Shown piece by piece: positions 1-12,347 of a DNA stretch of 64,000 nt (the stretch's first letter is position 1; each line of letters opens with the position of its first letter). The DNA comes from Octopus sinensis. Its lineage: Eukaryota. The translations under genes were made by a program, and so were the position numbers. The notes beneath the pieces were generated by a model. It searched no databases and was not told the DNA's origin. It was given only the letters and a program-made list of their open reading frames with translations. The stretch covers positions 150,350,001 to 150,414,000 of the forward strand of contig NC_042998.1 of assembly GCF_006345805.1 (NCBI RefSeq), written 5' to 3'.

Positions 1-469
1 TATATGTGTGTGTGTGTGTGTGAGTTTGTATGTGCGCGTGTGTGTGTGTGTGAGTGTGTGACTCATCTTTGTCTGTCTGTGTGCGTGTAAGTATGTATGT
101 GTGTGTATATAATATGTATGTATATGAGTGCATAAGAGAAGTATGTATGTATGTGGGTGCCAATGTGAAATCTAGACTTATTCTATCCAGTGATTGAAAT
201 CCAAATCTACTCGACATTTCCTGTTCTTTCTGTTTTCCTTGCTTTTGTATCTCTTAAAAATACTTGTAAAATATGCAACGTACATTGCTGGTTGCTTTTG
301 GATGACATTTAAGTGTTTCTAAAAAATCAACCTTGAGTTTTGTTAAACATGAACGGTTCATAAAGTGTTGTGTAACCAGGAGGTGCGTGTATAACACTAA
401 GCACAACATTTTTACTGGGCATATTCGATTTAATGTTACACTTAATTCATTAAGCATAATTACACATAC

Positions 470-652
<183 letters not shown>

Positions 653-839
653 ACACCTATATATATAAATATTATCTTAAATATTTCATTTATATGAAAA
701 TAGTTTAATACATTTGCTGCTTTCCTACATATTATATTGTCTCGAAACTCCAGTTTGGCCAAAAGCATAACGAATCATTGCTTTCCTTATAAGTTTCTTT
801 CCATTCGTATTTGCATATTTTACTGCTTAAATCTATCCG

Positions 840-873
<34 letters not shown>

Positions 874-1268
874 CACACACACACACACTTCTTTTACAAA
901 CTTTCAGATAAATTATTTTATAGTAAATGTCTTTTTCTGCTTCGAGGGGCACTTTATGTATCACACTTTTACCTTTATAGGATAAACTCTTTTTCTTTTT
1001 TCTTTCGCTTAAATTAATTTTATTTTACAAATAATATATATTTTTGACATATTTTGTATAATGCTTGAAGTAACACAAATGACTTACTTCGAAATTCAGT
1101 CTGTTCTCATGACTTTTTATATTAATTTATTTCTCTGTACCATCATTAGAGGTTCGTTTCGATATTGTAATATTCCAATGAACGCATCTTACCTGAATTG
1201 CTAAATTTCTATGTATGGTTGCTAGAAGCGACGTTTACTAAACTCAGTTACAACCATATATAGTAATA

Positions 1269-1338
<70 letters not shown>

Positions 1339-1351
1339 TGCTTGAGTATAA

Positions 1352-1448
<97 letters not shown>

Positions 1449-1552
1449 CAACAATCAGGCGCAATGTGATACCATAAATGAAAAATTCAATCGTCACTAA
1501 GTGTCACATGCCGACGAACCTACAATACTAGAAATAAGAGTTAAAATACGCT

Positions 1553-2013
1553 AAATAGGATATCTGACTCACTAGAAAGAGCAGTTAAACTCCAAGCCGC
1601 TAATTGTTGTAATTCCGAAAGTGATTGAAAAATAAAAACTTTTACCTTTTAATTAATTACATTTTAATTAATGATAAAATGTTTTGACTGATTCTGGAAG
1701 AAAATCGTCAATTTATTTATTTACCGCCGATGGAGTTCCGCATTTGCGCAGTAGATTCGAAAACTTAGAGCGTATAGACACGTGGCAGATTATTTATAGC
1801 TCCGTGCCTATGTGTTCAGTCCTGGCGACCTACTGAAGACGCAGCGCCAGATATGGATTGAAATTATTTTATTTCAATCTATATTTGAGTCTGCAGAAAC
1901 CTTGCAGGGTCTAGGATTAAGGTAAAAGTTTTTATTTTCAATCACTTTCGGAATTACAATAATTAGTGGCTTGGAGTTTACCTACTCTTTCTAGTGAGTC
2001 AGATATCCTATTT
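1553..2013. mobile_element. MITE-like element with ~95-bp inverted repeats
   Basis: 1553-1648 (aaataggatatctgactcactagaaagag...ttttacctt) is the near reverse complement of 1919-2013. Confidence 0.6.
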
Positions 2014-2350
2014 TCTAAGTATCTCATGTCTTTGTATGTGTATATATATATATAAATATATATATTATTGTCACTAGATGTGACTAGGGTGTTATGAAAC
2101 ACATTGCTAGAATAAGCGTTAAACCGCTTGAGCGGTTTAGCTCTTCTTTCGAGCTGTTTCCTAATACCCTAGTCAAATTTAGTGATAATTATAATTCTCC
2201 TTTTTGATGCAGCATTGCAAACTGCTGTTTACATTAATTTTATATATACACATTAGCGAAACGCTAAATCATCCATTATTTTGGATGACAAAAACATAAA
2301 TACTAATGGTGAAGCAAGTCCGTGAAAGCTGAACAATTGAGCGGCCTTAA

Positions 2351-2385
2351 CTGATGAGGCAACGGAAATTGCCGAAACTGGCGTC
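2351..2385 (+). ncRNA. Type I hammerhead ribozyme-like core
   Basis: CTGATGA-GGCAA-CGGAAA-TTGCC-GAAA-C-TGGC-GTC: canonical core with a 5-bp stem II and a short stem III; adjacent stem I does not pair. Confidence 0.5.
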
Positions 2386-2593
2386 AGTATTATGAACTCT
2401 CGATCGACAATTTTCGGACGATTATCATCCCTGTTAGTATTTATGTTTTCATGCATGTGCATTAACTACAGCATTAGCGTGGTTTAGCACTTATTTCTAG
2501 CAATGTAAGTGTTTTCTAACACCCTAGTCGCATTTAGTGACAATTCTAATTCCCTTTTGTGGTGAAACATTGGAAACTGATATATATATATAC

Positions 2594-2631
<38 letters not shown>

Positions 2632-2642
2632 TGATGATGATG

Positions 2643-2678
<36 letters not shown>

Positions 2679-3032
2679 TTAATAATAATAATAATAATAA
2701 TAATACAGGGTAAAATTAATTAATCAAAAGCGGTGGTTTACACGGGTTTTTCTTTAATTCGTTGTATGTACATAGTTTTTTATGTAGGGTCTTCCATACA
2801 TTTTTTACATTTTTAATCTATATGGTTGTATATTGACATTAGAGAATATTTTTCGATTTATTATTTATTTATATTTTGTAATTGTGTCTCATTACTTGGC
2901 TAGAAAATATTATAAAATTGAAAGAATTTTGTCTATTTATTTCCACTGCCCACCTGCCACGATGATTAAATTGACCAGGAACACTGTACGCGATGAATAT
3001 TCAATACCAAACAATGTTAATCTTCATATTTA

Positions 3033-4316
3033 CGAGGGGCGTTCAATAAGTAATGCCCTTGACCCACTTCCCATAGCAGTAGAGCAACGAAACTTGGAAC
3101 AGTTATTAGTCTTTTTCTACATAGGAACCACCCAGAGTTACGCATTTCTCCCATCGTTTGATGCAGCTCTGAAGACCGTTTTTGTAGAAGACCCCAGCTT
3201 GGTCCTCCAACCACGACGTGACTTCAGAAATCGAGGCTGCATCATCTGGGAAACGCTTTCCTTTCAAAAACAACTCCATGGCTGGGAAGAGGTGAAAATC
3301 AGAGGGTGCAAGGTAAGGAGAGTAGGGGGGATGGGGATGAGTTCATAGCCGCACGCCTGTGCTTCTGATCTGGCGACACGCGAGTTGTGGATCGGAGCGT
3401 TGTCCTGCAGGAGGAGGATGCCTTTGCTGATCTTGCCCCGCCTCTTGATTTTGATAGCTTCTCTTAATTTCCTCAAAAGTGAAGCATAACAGACTCCTGT
3501 AAGTGTGGCACCCTTTGCCAGGAAATCTGTCTTCACTACTCCGTCCTGGTCCCAGAAGACTGTAAGCATGACCTTGCCGGCGGAGGGCTGCACCCTTGCC
3601 TTCTTTGGAGGAGGTGAGTCATGGTGCTTCCACTGCATTGACTGGGATTTGGTCTCTGGATCATAGTGATGGACCCAGGTTTTATCCTATGCAATCAGTC
3701 TTTTGAAAAAATTTGACTCACCTTCTTGGCACATCTCCAAATTCATCCTCGAGCAATCGACGCGTTCTTGCTTCTGGAAAGGTGTGAGCAACCTGGGAAT
3801 CCATCTGGCAGACACCTTTTGCATATGCAAATGGTCATGAATGATAGTTTCCACAGACCTGGTACCAATCTTGACCTCATGGGCTATTTGGCGAATAGTT
3901 ATGCGTCGATCTTCCAAAATGGCAGCCTCAACTTGACAGACAGATGCCTCATCAATGGCAGAAGGGGGGGCCAGATCTGGGAGCTGTTTCCACAGAGTTC
4001 CGACCATGTTTGAATTCACGATGCCAGCGTTTTACGAGGTCATATGATGGGGCATCATTACCATAAGTTACTTTCATTTCATCAAAAGTCTCCCGTGGTG
4101 TGCGTCCTTTCAAATACAAAAACCGGATCACTGCTCGACACTCAACATGCTCCATTTCACACTTGACTCAGTTCAAACACCTGTAAATCGGTAATTATTT
4201 CAGAGCTGTAATTTTCCACTTAATCTATAGAGATATAAATAATTGCACATGCAAAATTTCAGCTAGATCAAACAACTGCAAGTGGGTCAAAGGCATTACT
4301 TATTGAACGCCCCTCG
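3033..4316 (-). mobile_element. Full-length (~1.28 kb) mariner (DD34D-type) transposon with a frameshifted transposase
   Basis: TIRs cgaggggcgttcaataagtaatgcc / ggcattacttattgaacgcccctcg flanked by TA. Transposase pieces: MEHVECRAVIRFLYLKG (HTH), VSARWIPRLL, SAGKVMLTVFWD, LLQDNAPIH. Confidence 0.95.
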
Positions 4317-5195
4317 TAAACTGCATTAAACTTTGACAAGCTTACCTTTACCTATTCTGAGTTACTCGAGTGATATTCCCTTGCCTCTCTTCTATTCGTT
4401 GATACCTTTGTTTACCTACTAATGCATTGTCTCACTTTAAGGACGCTTATTTACTTATCCATTATGATATTTCGAACGCGACATCTTTTCACTGCGAACT
4501 GCTGAAGATTCAAAGCAGTGTTCATGAATTGAAGTCAAACTCTTCATGTCTTCAATTTTCGTTACCTGAAGTCAATTGCAGAGTGGTCGTACATTGTAAG
4601 CACGTAGCAAATACATTCCTTGAACTCTACTTTTTCAAGTAGGTATTATATTGCCATTTTTGAACGTACCAATCATACTTCTCTCCGAAAAAATAGCCCC
4701 CTTTGCTCTTGAATAAAATAAACTCAAAGAGGGGAAGTTTCAATGTTTTCCTTCAATTTCTTTACACCATTTATGTGCCTGTTTCTGACAAGAAATTTCG
4801 CTTTCATGTCATTATCCGTAATCTACTCCCAAAACACTTCAGTAGCTCTACTTTGCATCGCTTGCAAATTTATATGTTCTATGATCATTAAAGTGCACAA
4901 TAATCAACCTTGTATTTTGGTTTTCTATTCCTAGGTTAATCGGAAACATAGATTGCCGTACTACTCATAAACCTTCTCGGTAGTTCAATTATTTGGTGAA
5001 AAAATTACCACCAAAGCAACTTAAACCGTCCAAAGGACGGGTGCGTTTGCTAGGGTATATATGTATATATACCATAAAAATTTATGGATGATTTAGAGAA
5101 ATGCTAAAGCGTATACTAAAAATTAACATTAACAGCCAGGCGCGCACGCACACACGCACACACACACACACACACATACACACACACACATATAT

Positions 5196-5345
5196 AGGCG
5201 AAGCCAGAGCTGTGTAGTTAAGAGTTATGCTTGGCAAAACTATCTTGCGGTTTTAGCCAAACATAGTTTAGTCATCTTGGGTATATTTCTTCTACTACAA
5301 TCTTTGGCCGACCAGTGATTTGTGAGACAGAACTGTGCAACCCGC
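5196..5345 (+). mobile_element. Degenerate tRNA-derived SINE head
   Basis: Similar to the better copies at 17882 and 29257 (gctgtgtagttaag...catcttggg...ggccgacc). Confidence 0.5.
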
Positions 5346-5604
5346 GAGATACACACAGACACAAACTCACATACGCACACACGCGCGCACAAACACACAC
5401 ACACACACACACATAGAGTCAGATCAAAACAGATGTAAGCGGAGAAGAAGGAGTCGTGTTATGGGAGGAGTTATACAAATAAATATGTTTTATTTAATTC
5501 TATCTTAAAGTATTAAATATTTTTGTTGCAAAAATTAATATTCACTTCATCCTTTTCTAAAAGAACCAATGCATTCGATAGCAATTACATTACAATTATT
5601 GCAT

Positions 5605-5745
5605 GCCTGCCGCTTTGCTTTGCCTTTCATCCTTTCGGGGTCAATGAATTACGTACCAGTCAAGTACTGGGGTCAATGTGATAAACTATTCCCTTCCCCA
5701 CAAATTCCAGGCCCTGTACTTATAATAGAAAAGATATTACAAGTT
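5605..5745 (+). mobile_element. SINE fragment with Deu/Nin-like core
   Basis: gcctttcatcctttcggggtcaatgaattacgtaccag, shared with the copies at 48860, 49930 and 58735. Confidence 0.65.
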
Positions 5746-7289
5746 ATAGCAAAAGTATACTTTTAAAGTTGCCCGTCACATAGCGAGTAAATTATATTAA
5801 GAAGTTCTGCAAGTAGGTCTTGTCCCTCTCTAAGTCACCCACGAAGAAGAGGAGGAGGAAGAGGAGGAGGGGGAGGGGGAGGAAAGGGTTAATACCTTGT
5901 TTTATCAGATTACCCTTAATCAATTGTAGCAGAAGAAACTGAAGGCCAGAATTTAACAACAGCACCAGAGCCGGTGCCGTGTTACACTGGAATAACGTTA
6001 TAACTACAAGTGGTAGGAGTATACTTAACGTAGGATGATAGATGTGGTCTGTGGGTGGGGACAGGGGTGCAAACACTGTAAGATTCGTGTTGAAGTAGCG
6101 ACAGAGATGTTTCTTGAGGTGTTGGTGATGGAGACAGCATGGAGGGAGCAGCAGTAGTGTTGTTGCTGTTGTTGTTGTTGCTGGTGGTGGTGGTGGTGGT
6201 GGTGGTGGTGGCTCTATGGCGGTAGCGGTGGAGGAAATCTAACTCTGTCGCTTTTGGCTATTGTTCAAGACTCCTGCTGATATGGCACTTGTAAAGAACA
6301 GAAGCTGGCATGTTTTTGTGCACACGCACACACACACACATACACACACGCACACACAAACACACACACATACACACACTCACATACACACACATACTCA
6401 CACACACACTCTCAGGTGCCCATAAGCATATATATATATGTATATATATGTATGTGTGTATACATATTTATGTATGTGTATATGTGTAAATGTATGTGCG
6501 TATGTATGTATGTATTACGTATGTGTGTGCATTTGTGTGTGTGTGTGTGCATATGTGTGTGTGTGCATATGTGTGTGTGCGCATATGCGTGTGTGTGCGT
6601 GTCGGGATGTGTTCGTGAGTTGGTGATTGTACATGTATGTATATAAAGAGAGAAAAATGAAAGAGACAGACAGGCAGAGGGAGAATGAAGTAACAAAACA
6701 AAACGGGATAGGGTGACGATCAGTGCGTATGCATATGCGTGTGAGTGTGTGTGTGTGTGTGTGTCTGTGTCTGTGTCTGTGTCTGTGTCTGTGTCTGTGT
6801 CTGTGTGTGTGTGTTTGTGCGTGTGCGTGTTTATGTGCCTGCGCTCTTAAATATATTGTCGTGCGTACTACACAAAACTTTTGCTCCATATTTTTAATGT
6901 GTTTAATCGAAAATATCGATCACATTATTTATTTCCATTTCATATGTATTTTATCCAACTCTGATTGACGAACCGCTATTTTGCTGGACGTAAAAAGACT
7001 CTGTATAAACAACATCAGACATGACCATTAACTCCAACAACTGCTTGTTGTTTATACACCAGACTTCGTCTTTTGTTTTTCTGTAAATTTCAACTATATA
7101 TATATAATATTATATATATAATATATATATTATATATATACAGAGAGAGAGAGAGAGACTTACTTGGAAATGGATGTGTCGCATTCAATTAATAAATAAT
7201 AAATGACATTATATATATATATATTATATATAATATATATAATATATATATATATATAATTTTAATCCAAAAGGGAAACAAAAAAAAAC

Positions 7290-7450
7290 AACAACAGGAA
7301 CAATTACAGTATTATTATAATAGGCGCTCAGGAGATGGAAGCAGGGAGGTATGACGTTTCGAGCGGAGCTCTTCGTCGGAAACATAAAGAAGGAAGAGAG
7401 AGGAAAGAAAGATCCCAGAGCGGGCAACAGGGAAAGAGAAAAAAGACGAC
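7290..7450 (-). mobile_element. PLE pseudo-LTR-like repeat carrying a minimal hammerhead-like motif (7351-7383)
   Basis: Reverse complement gtttCCGACGAagagctccgctcGAAACGTC; homologous to 22540-22735. Confidence 0.5.
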
Positions 7451-7849
7451 TGGTGTTTACGAGTTGCACATGGTGAAAGGCGGATGTTGACGATAACAAG
7501 AGCAAAGTGGGTTTTTAAAGGCAAAAGAGTGGAGACAAGGTTGGTAACCCAACAGATGTGTGTGTATGTGTGAGTGAGTGTGCGTGTGCGTGTGTGTATG
7601 TGTGTGTGTGAGGCGAGATGAAAAAACAAAAAAAAATATGTGTGTGTTAGTGTGTGCGTCTGTGTGTAGGCGTGTGGGGTAGGGCGAGACGAGTGGTCAG
7701 CTAGCAGACGAGGTCAGTAGTAAGAAAAAGAAGGAAGGAGGAAGGGAGGTCAGTAGTAGTAGTAAGAAAAAGAAGGAAGGAGGAAGGGAGGGAGGGGAAG
7801 GGGTGGGGGCGTATGTAGCGTGCCAGCGTGGTGTGTAGATAGTAGTGTG

Positions 7850-10344
7850 TGTGTGTGTCCAGTGTCGTGGTGGTATTAATGGCGAGTAGATTGAATGTGT
7901 GTAAGAGTGATGTGTATATTATAGGCAAGGTGTGTATATGTGTGCGCGTGTGTGTAACGAAAAAGGGGGGGGGTTAAGGAAAAAGGACTCCAGCTGAGGG
8001 GAAGATGGAAGAGTGGTACCGCGGAGACAGGCGTGGAAAACCCAACGACACGCGACGGTCCCAGGAACAGCGGGAGGTCTCGTCAGGTCCAAGGGCGAGG
8101 TGTATGCGGCGCGTATGCAGCGCGAGCCGGCGCAAGTGTGTATGTGCACGTGCCTGCGAGTATGCGCGTAAGTATGTATGTGTGTGGATGTGTGAGTGTG
8201 TCTGTGTGTATGTCTGGGTGGCAGTGTGTCCGATGAATGTATGTGAGTATGTGTGTATGTATGTGTGTGCATAGATGTATGTCCGTGTGTGTGTGTGTGT
8301 GTGTATGTGTGTGAGTGTGTATGTATGTACGTGTGGGTGTGGGGAAGTGTGTGTATGTGCATGTGTGTGCGCGTACATACAGGTGTGTGAGTGAGTGTGT
8401 GTGTGTGTATGTATGTGTGAGTGTGTATGTATGTGTGTGTCGGATGCATGTATGTGTATGGGTGTATGTATGCGTGTGTGTATGTATGTATGTGTACGTG
8501 CGTGTGTGTGTGTGTATGCTTGTAGGTGTGCGCGTGTGCATGCATGCATGCATGTGCGTATGTGTGTGTGTGTGTGCATGTGTGTGGGTATATATGTATG
8601 TGCGTATATGTGTGTGTATGTGCGTACATGTGTGTGTGTGTGTATGCATGTGTGTGTATGTGGGTGTGTAGGCGTGTGTGTATAGGTGTATGTATGTAAG
8701 TATGTGTGGTGTGTCCGTGTATGTGTGTGTATGTATGTGTGTGTATGTAGGTGTGTGGGCGTGTGTATGTGTGTGTATGTAGGGTGTGGGCGTGTGTATA
8801 TAGGTGTATGTGTGTATGTCTGGGTGTGTCCGTGCATGTTTGTGTGTGTGTGTGTATGCATGTGTATGTGGGGTGGGTGTTGTGTACGTGTGTAAGTATG
8901 TGTGTATGCGTGTGTATGCGTGCGTGTGTGTATGTAGGTGCGTGTGTATGTGTGTGGGAGTGTAGGTGTGTGTGTTTATGTTGGTGTGTGCGTATGTGAG
9001 TGTGAGTGTATGGGTGTTTGTCATGCATGTGTGTGCGCGTGCAGGTGAGTGTGTGTGTAAGTATGTGTGTGTGTATGTTTGTGTGAGTGTGTAAGTGTGT
9101 ATGTCTTTGTGTATGTATGTGCGTATAGGAGTATGTGGGTATGTGTGTATGTATGTATATGGGTGTATGTATGTATGTGTGTGTGTGTGCATGTGTATAA
9201 GTATATGTGTGTGTGCGTATGTGTGTATATGTGTATGTGTGTGTGTTTATGTATGTGTGTATGTATGTGTGTAGGCGTGTGTGTGTAGATGTATGTATGT
9301 ATGGGTGTGTGTCCGTGTGTGTTTGTGTGTGTGTTTGTGTGTGTGTGTAGGTAGATGTGTGTGTCTGAGTGAGGGTATGGCTGTGTAGGTGTGTGTGTGT
9401 ATGAATGTAAGTGTGTGTGTATACAAGTGTAATGTATGTATGTAGGTGTGTGTGTGTGTGTATGTGTACGTGTGCGTGTGTATGTGTGTGTGTGTATGCG
9501 TGTGAGTGTGAGTGTATGGGTGTATGTCTGTGTGTGTGTATGTCTGAAGTAGGTATGTATGTGTATGTATGTATGTGTGTGTGTGTGCAGGTATGTGTGT
9601 GTATGTGTGTGTGTGAGTAGGTGTGCGTGTATGTATGTGGGTAGGGATGCATGCGAGTGTGTAGGTATGTATGCATACATACGTACGCGCACATCCGAAG
9701 CAAGCCCACACGCACAAAGCGCGCTCACGCACGCAACGCACAAGCAGTACAACGCAAGCCCAAGGGGCCGACCAAGCCCCCAGCGCGCGCCAAGGCGCGC
9801 GAGCGCAAAGGCCCTCGAACGCCCCGCTACGCGGGAACCGAGGATCCATCAGCCAAAACCGGAAAGCAGAAAAGAGGGGGGGCTGCCTGGATGCAAAAAG
9901 GTGTATGTGTGTGTGCATTCAGTGTAAGGGTGTGCATGTGTGGGCATGTATGTATGTATGTGCCTACATGTATTTGCATGTGTGTGTGTGTGAAGTATGT
10001 ACGTGCGGTGTGTGTGTGTGTGTGAGTGTGTGTGTATGTATGTGCGTATGTATGTGGTGTGTATGTGTGTATGTATGTCTCTGTGTGTGTGTGTGTGTGT
10101 AAGTATGTATGTGTGTGCGTATGTATGTATGTGTGTGTGTATGTGCATGTGGTTTGTATGTTAGTGTGTGCTAGTATGTCTGTAAGTGTGTGTGATTAAA
10201 TGTGTGAATGTATGTACGTAGATGGGTCTACGTATGTGTGTGTGTGAACAGGCGTGTGGGAGGTAGGTGGTTGGGTGTGTGTGGGAGGTAGGTGGGTGGG
10301 TGTGTGCGTGTGGGAGGCAGGTGGGTGTGGTGTGTGGGTGGTGT

Positions 10345-10345
<1 letters not shown>
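7850..10345. repeat. ~2.5-kb degenerate (TG)/(TATG)-rich tract with two GC-rich unique islands, ending in a poly(A) run
   Basis: Direct reading; islands at ~7960-8160 and ~9690-9900; A-run at ~10346-10376. Confidence 0.85.
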
Positions 10346-10378
<33 letters not shown>

Positions 10379-10399
10379 TCTCAAGAGGAGGGGGCTGTG

Positions 10400-12150
10400 T
10401 TAAGTCCGTGTGGGGGTGGTAGTTTGTAGGGTGAAGATGTAGCGTTGCTCCAAGTGGAGCCTGGAAAGTGGGCGACCTTGGTGGGGGGCGAGACCAAACA
10501 CTGAGATGTCATCTAGGGAATGGCCGGCCGAGCGGAAGTGGCGTGCGACGGGAGAAAAAGAGTGTAGGCGAACGTCCCTTAAGTGCTCAGTGAAACGGTC
10601 GGACAACCGGCGTCCCGTCTGTCCTACATACAGCATCCCGCATAGGTTGCATTTAATGCAGTAAATAAGGCCAGACGAGGTGCACGTGAAAGAGTGCCTA
10701 ATGCGTACAGTGTGCAGGTTGGAGCCGGTGACAGCGGTGGTGTTGGTGATGAAGGGGCAAGTGTTGCAGCGGGATCTAGAGCAAGGGAATGATCCGTGTG
10801 GGGCTGAGGGGAAGGAGAGAGGGTGCTGTGGACCAGGAGGTCACGCAGATTGCGGGCTCGTTTGAAAGAGGACAGGGTAGGTAGGGAAAATGGGGCGGGG
10901 GTGGGATCAAGCTGGAGGCGACGGAAGGCACGTAGTATCTTGCGACGAAGGGGTAGGGTAGAGTGGTGGAAAAGGAGGGGGAAGGGGGTGCGGTTGGGGG
11001 GTGGGCGGGGGGAAGGAGACAGGGCGGTAGTGCGGTCGATGCGACGGGCGCGGGTGAGGGCATCAGAGAGGAGTATGGGTGGGTAACCTCGGAGTCTGAA
11101 CATGCGGGCCAGGTATTGAGATTGGGTCTCGAAATCCTGGTCGCGGCTGCACAAACGTCGGAGGCGGAGGAACTGGAGTAGGGGATGGCTCGTTTGGTGT
11201 GGAAGGGGTGGGAGGAAGAGAAGTTGAGATAGAGGTGGGAATCCGTAGGTTTAAAAAAGGCGGTGGGGTGGTGAGAGATCTGGAGGGGTGATCGATGCGG
11301 AGAGAGATGTCAAGGAAGTTGACAGAGGTGTTGGAGATGGTGGAGGTGAATTGAAGGGAGGGGTGAAAGTTGGAAAGGAAAGAGATGAATTGGCAGAGAG
11401 AGTTCACGGGAAAGGGAGGTGGCACCTACGCAGTCGTCGATATAGCGACGCGTATAGTTCGGGGGTCGGCCCAGAGAACTGGGAGAACACTTGGGCCTCA
11501 ATGTAGCCAAGAAAGAGATTGGCGAAATTGGGGCCCATCCTAGTTCCCATCGCGACCCCGGACACCTGTTGGTACGTTTCCCCGGCGAACGTGAAGCAAT
11601 TGAGGGTGAGGACGAGCTCGGCCAAACGGAGAAGGGTGGGGGTTGCTGGGGGTGGGGTCGGGACGACGGTCGAGGAAGTGTTGGAGGGCTAGGAGACCGT
11701 CATTGTGGGGAATCACTGTGTACAGGGATTTTACATCTAAAGTGAAGAGGAGGTGTGAGGGCTGGAAGGGAAGGAAAGGAATTGAAGAGACGGAGGGCGT
11801 GGTTGGTGTCGTGTATGTGGGATGGGAGGGCTGCGACTAAGGGGGACAGGATGCGGTCGAGGTATAGGGAGATGAGTTCAGTGGGGCAATTACAGGCAGA
11901 GACTATGGGACGGCCAGGATTAGAGGGTTTATGGATCTTGGGAAGGAAGTAGATGGTGGAGGTGCGGGGTGTGCGGACGATGAGGTTGGTGGCGGTGAGG
12001 GGGAGAGCGGAGGAGGAGATGAGGTCGTGGATGGTGGAGGACACTCGTTGTTGGTAGGAGGAGGTGGGATCGGAGGGGAGGAGGCGATAGAAGAGTGGAT
12101 TTTGAAGCTGGTTGAGCGCTTCCTCCCTGTATAGGTCCGCGAGGAAGTAA
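10400..12150 (-). mobile_element. Penelope-like element (Neptune-type), 5'-truncated RT + Cys linker + GIY-YIG endonuclease, frameshifted
   Basis: In order on the minus strand: LYREEALNQLQNPLFY, LPKIHKPSNPGRPIVSACNCPT, QQVSGVAMGTRMGPNFANLF, RRYIDD, VNFLD, RGYP, CSRSRCNTC, LIYCIKCNLCGMLYVGQTGRRLSDRFTEH. Confidence 0.93.
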
Positions 12151-12154
12151 CTCT

Positions 12155-12315
12155 CTAAAAAGTCTACGATGAGTCAACGATTTAAAAAAAAAATTACCAT
12201 AATTTTTTTTCCATTTTTAATGCATTTTTTGCTACCTTTTGCGTATAACTCTCTAAAAATGCTTATATAGTTATTTCCCTTACAAACCCGAGCAACGCCG
12301 GGCGATACTGCTAGT
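12155..12315 (+). mobile_element. Helitron-like 3' terminus (non-autonomous)
   Basis: Sub-terminal hairpin CCCG-agcaacgc-CGGG (12287-12302) followed 8 nt later by CTAG|T (12311-12315). Confidence 0.55.
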
Positions 12316-12347
12316 TATATTATATTATTATTTATTGTTTAAATAAA

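Noticed and set aside
2833-3348. 171-aa plus-strand ORF
   Set aside because: Antisense read-through across the mariner TIR and 3' region.
4330-4760. Possible BED-finger/hAT remnant (minus-strand CLQCTTTL...RH)
   Set aside because: Too many stops and no TIR or catalytic motif seen; cannot be supported without a profile search.
4990-5110. Cluster of four small hairpins
   Set aside because: Short, partly AT-rich stems are expected by chance in this composition.
7919-9715. 598-aa His/Thr-rich ORF and overlapping ORFs
   Set aside because: The CA-rich strand rarely forms stop codons, and several frames are open simultaneously; no domain is recognisable.
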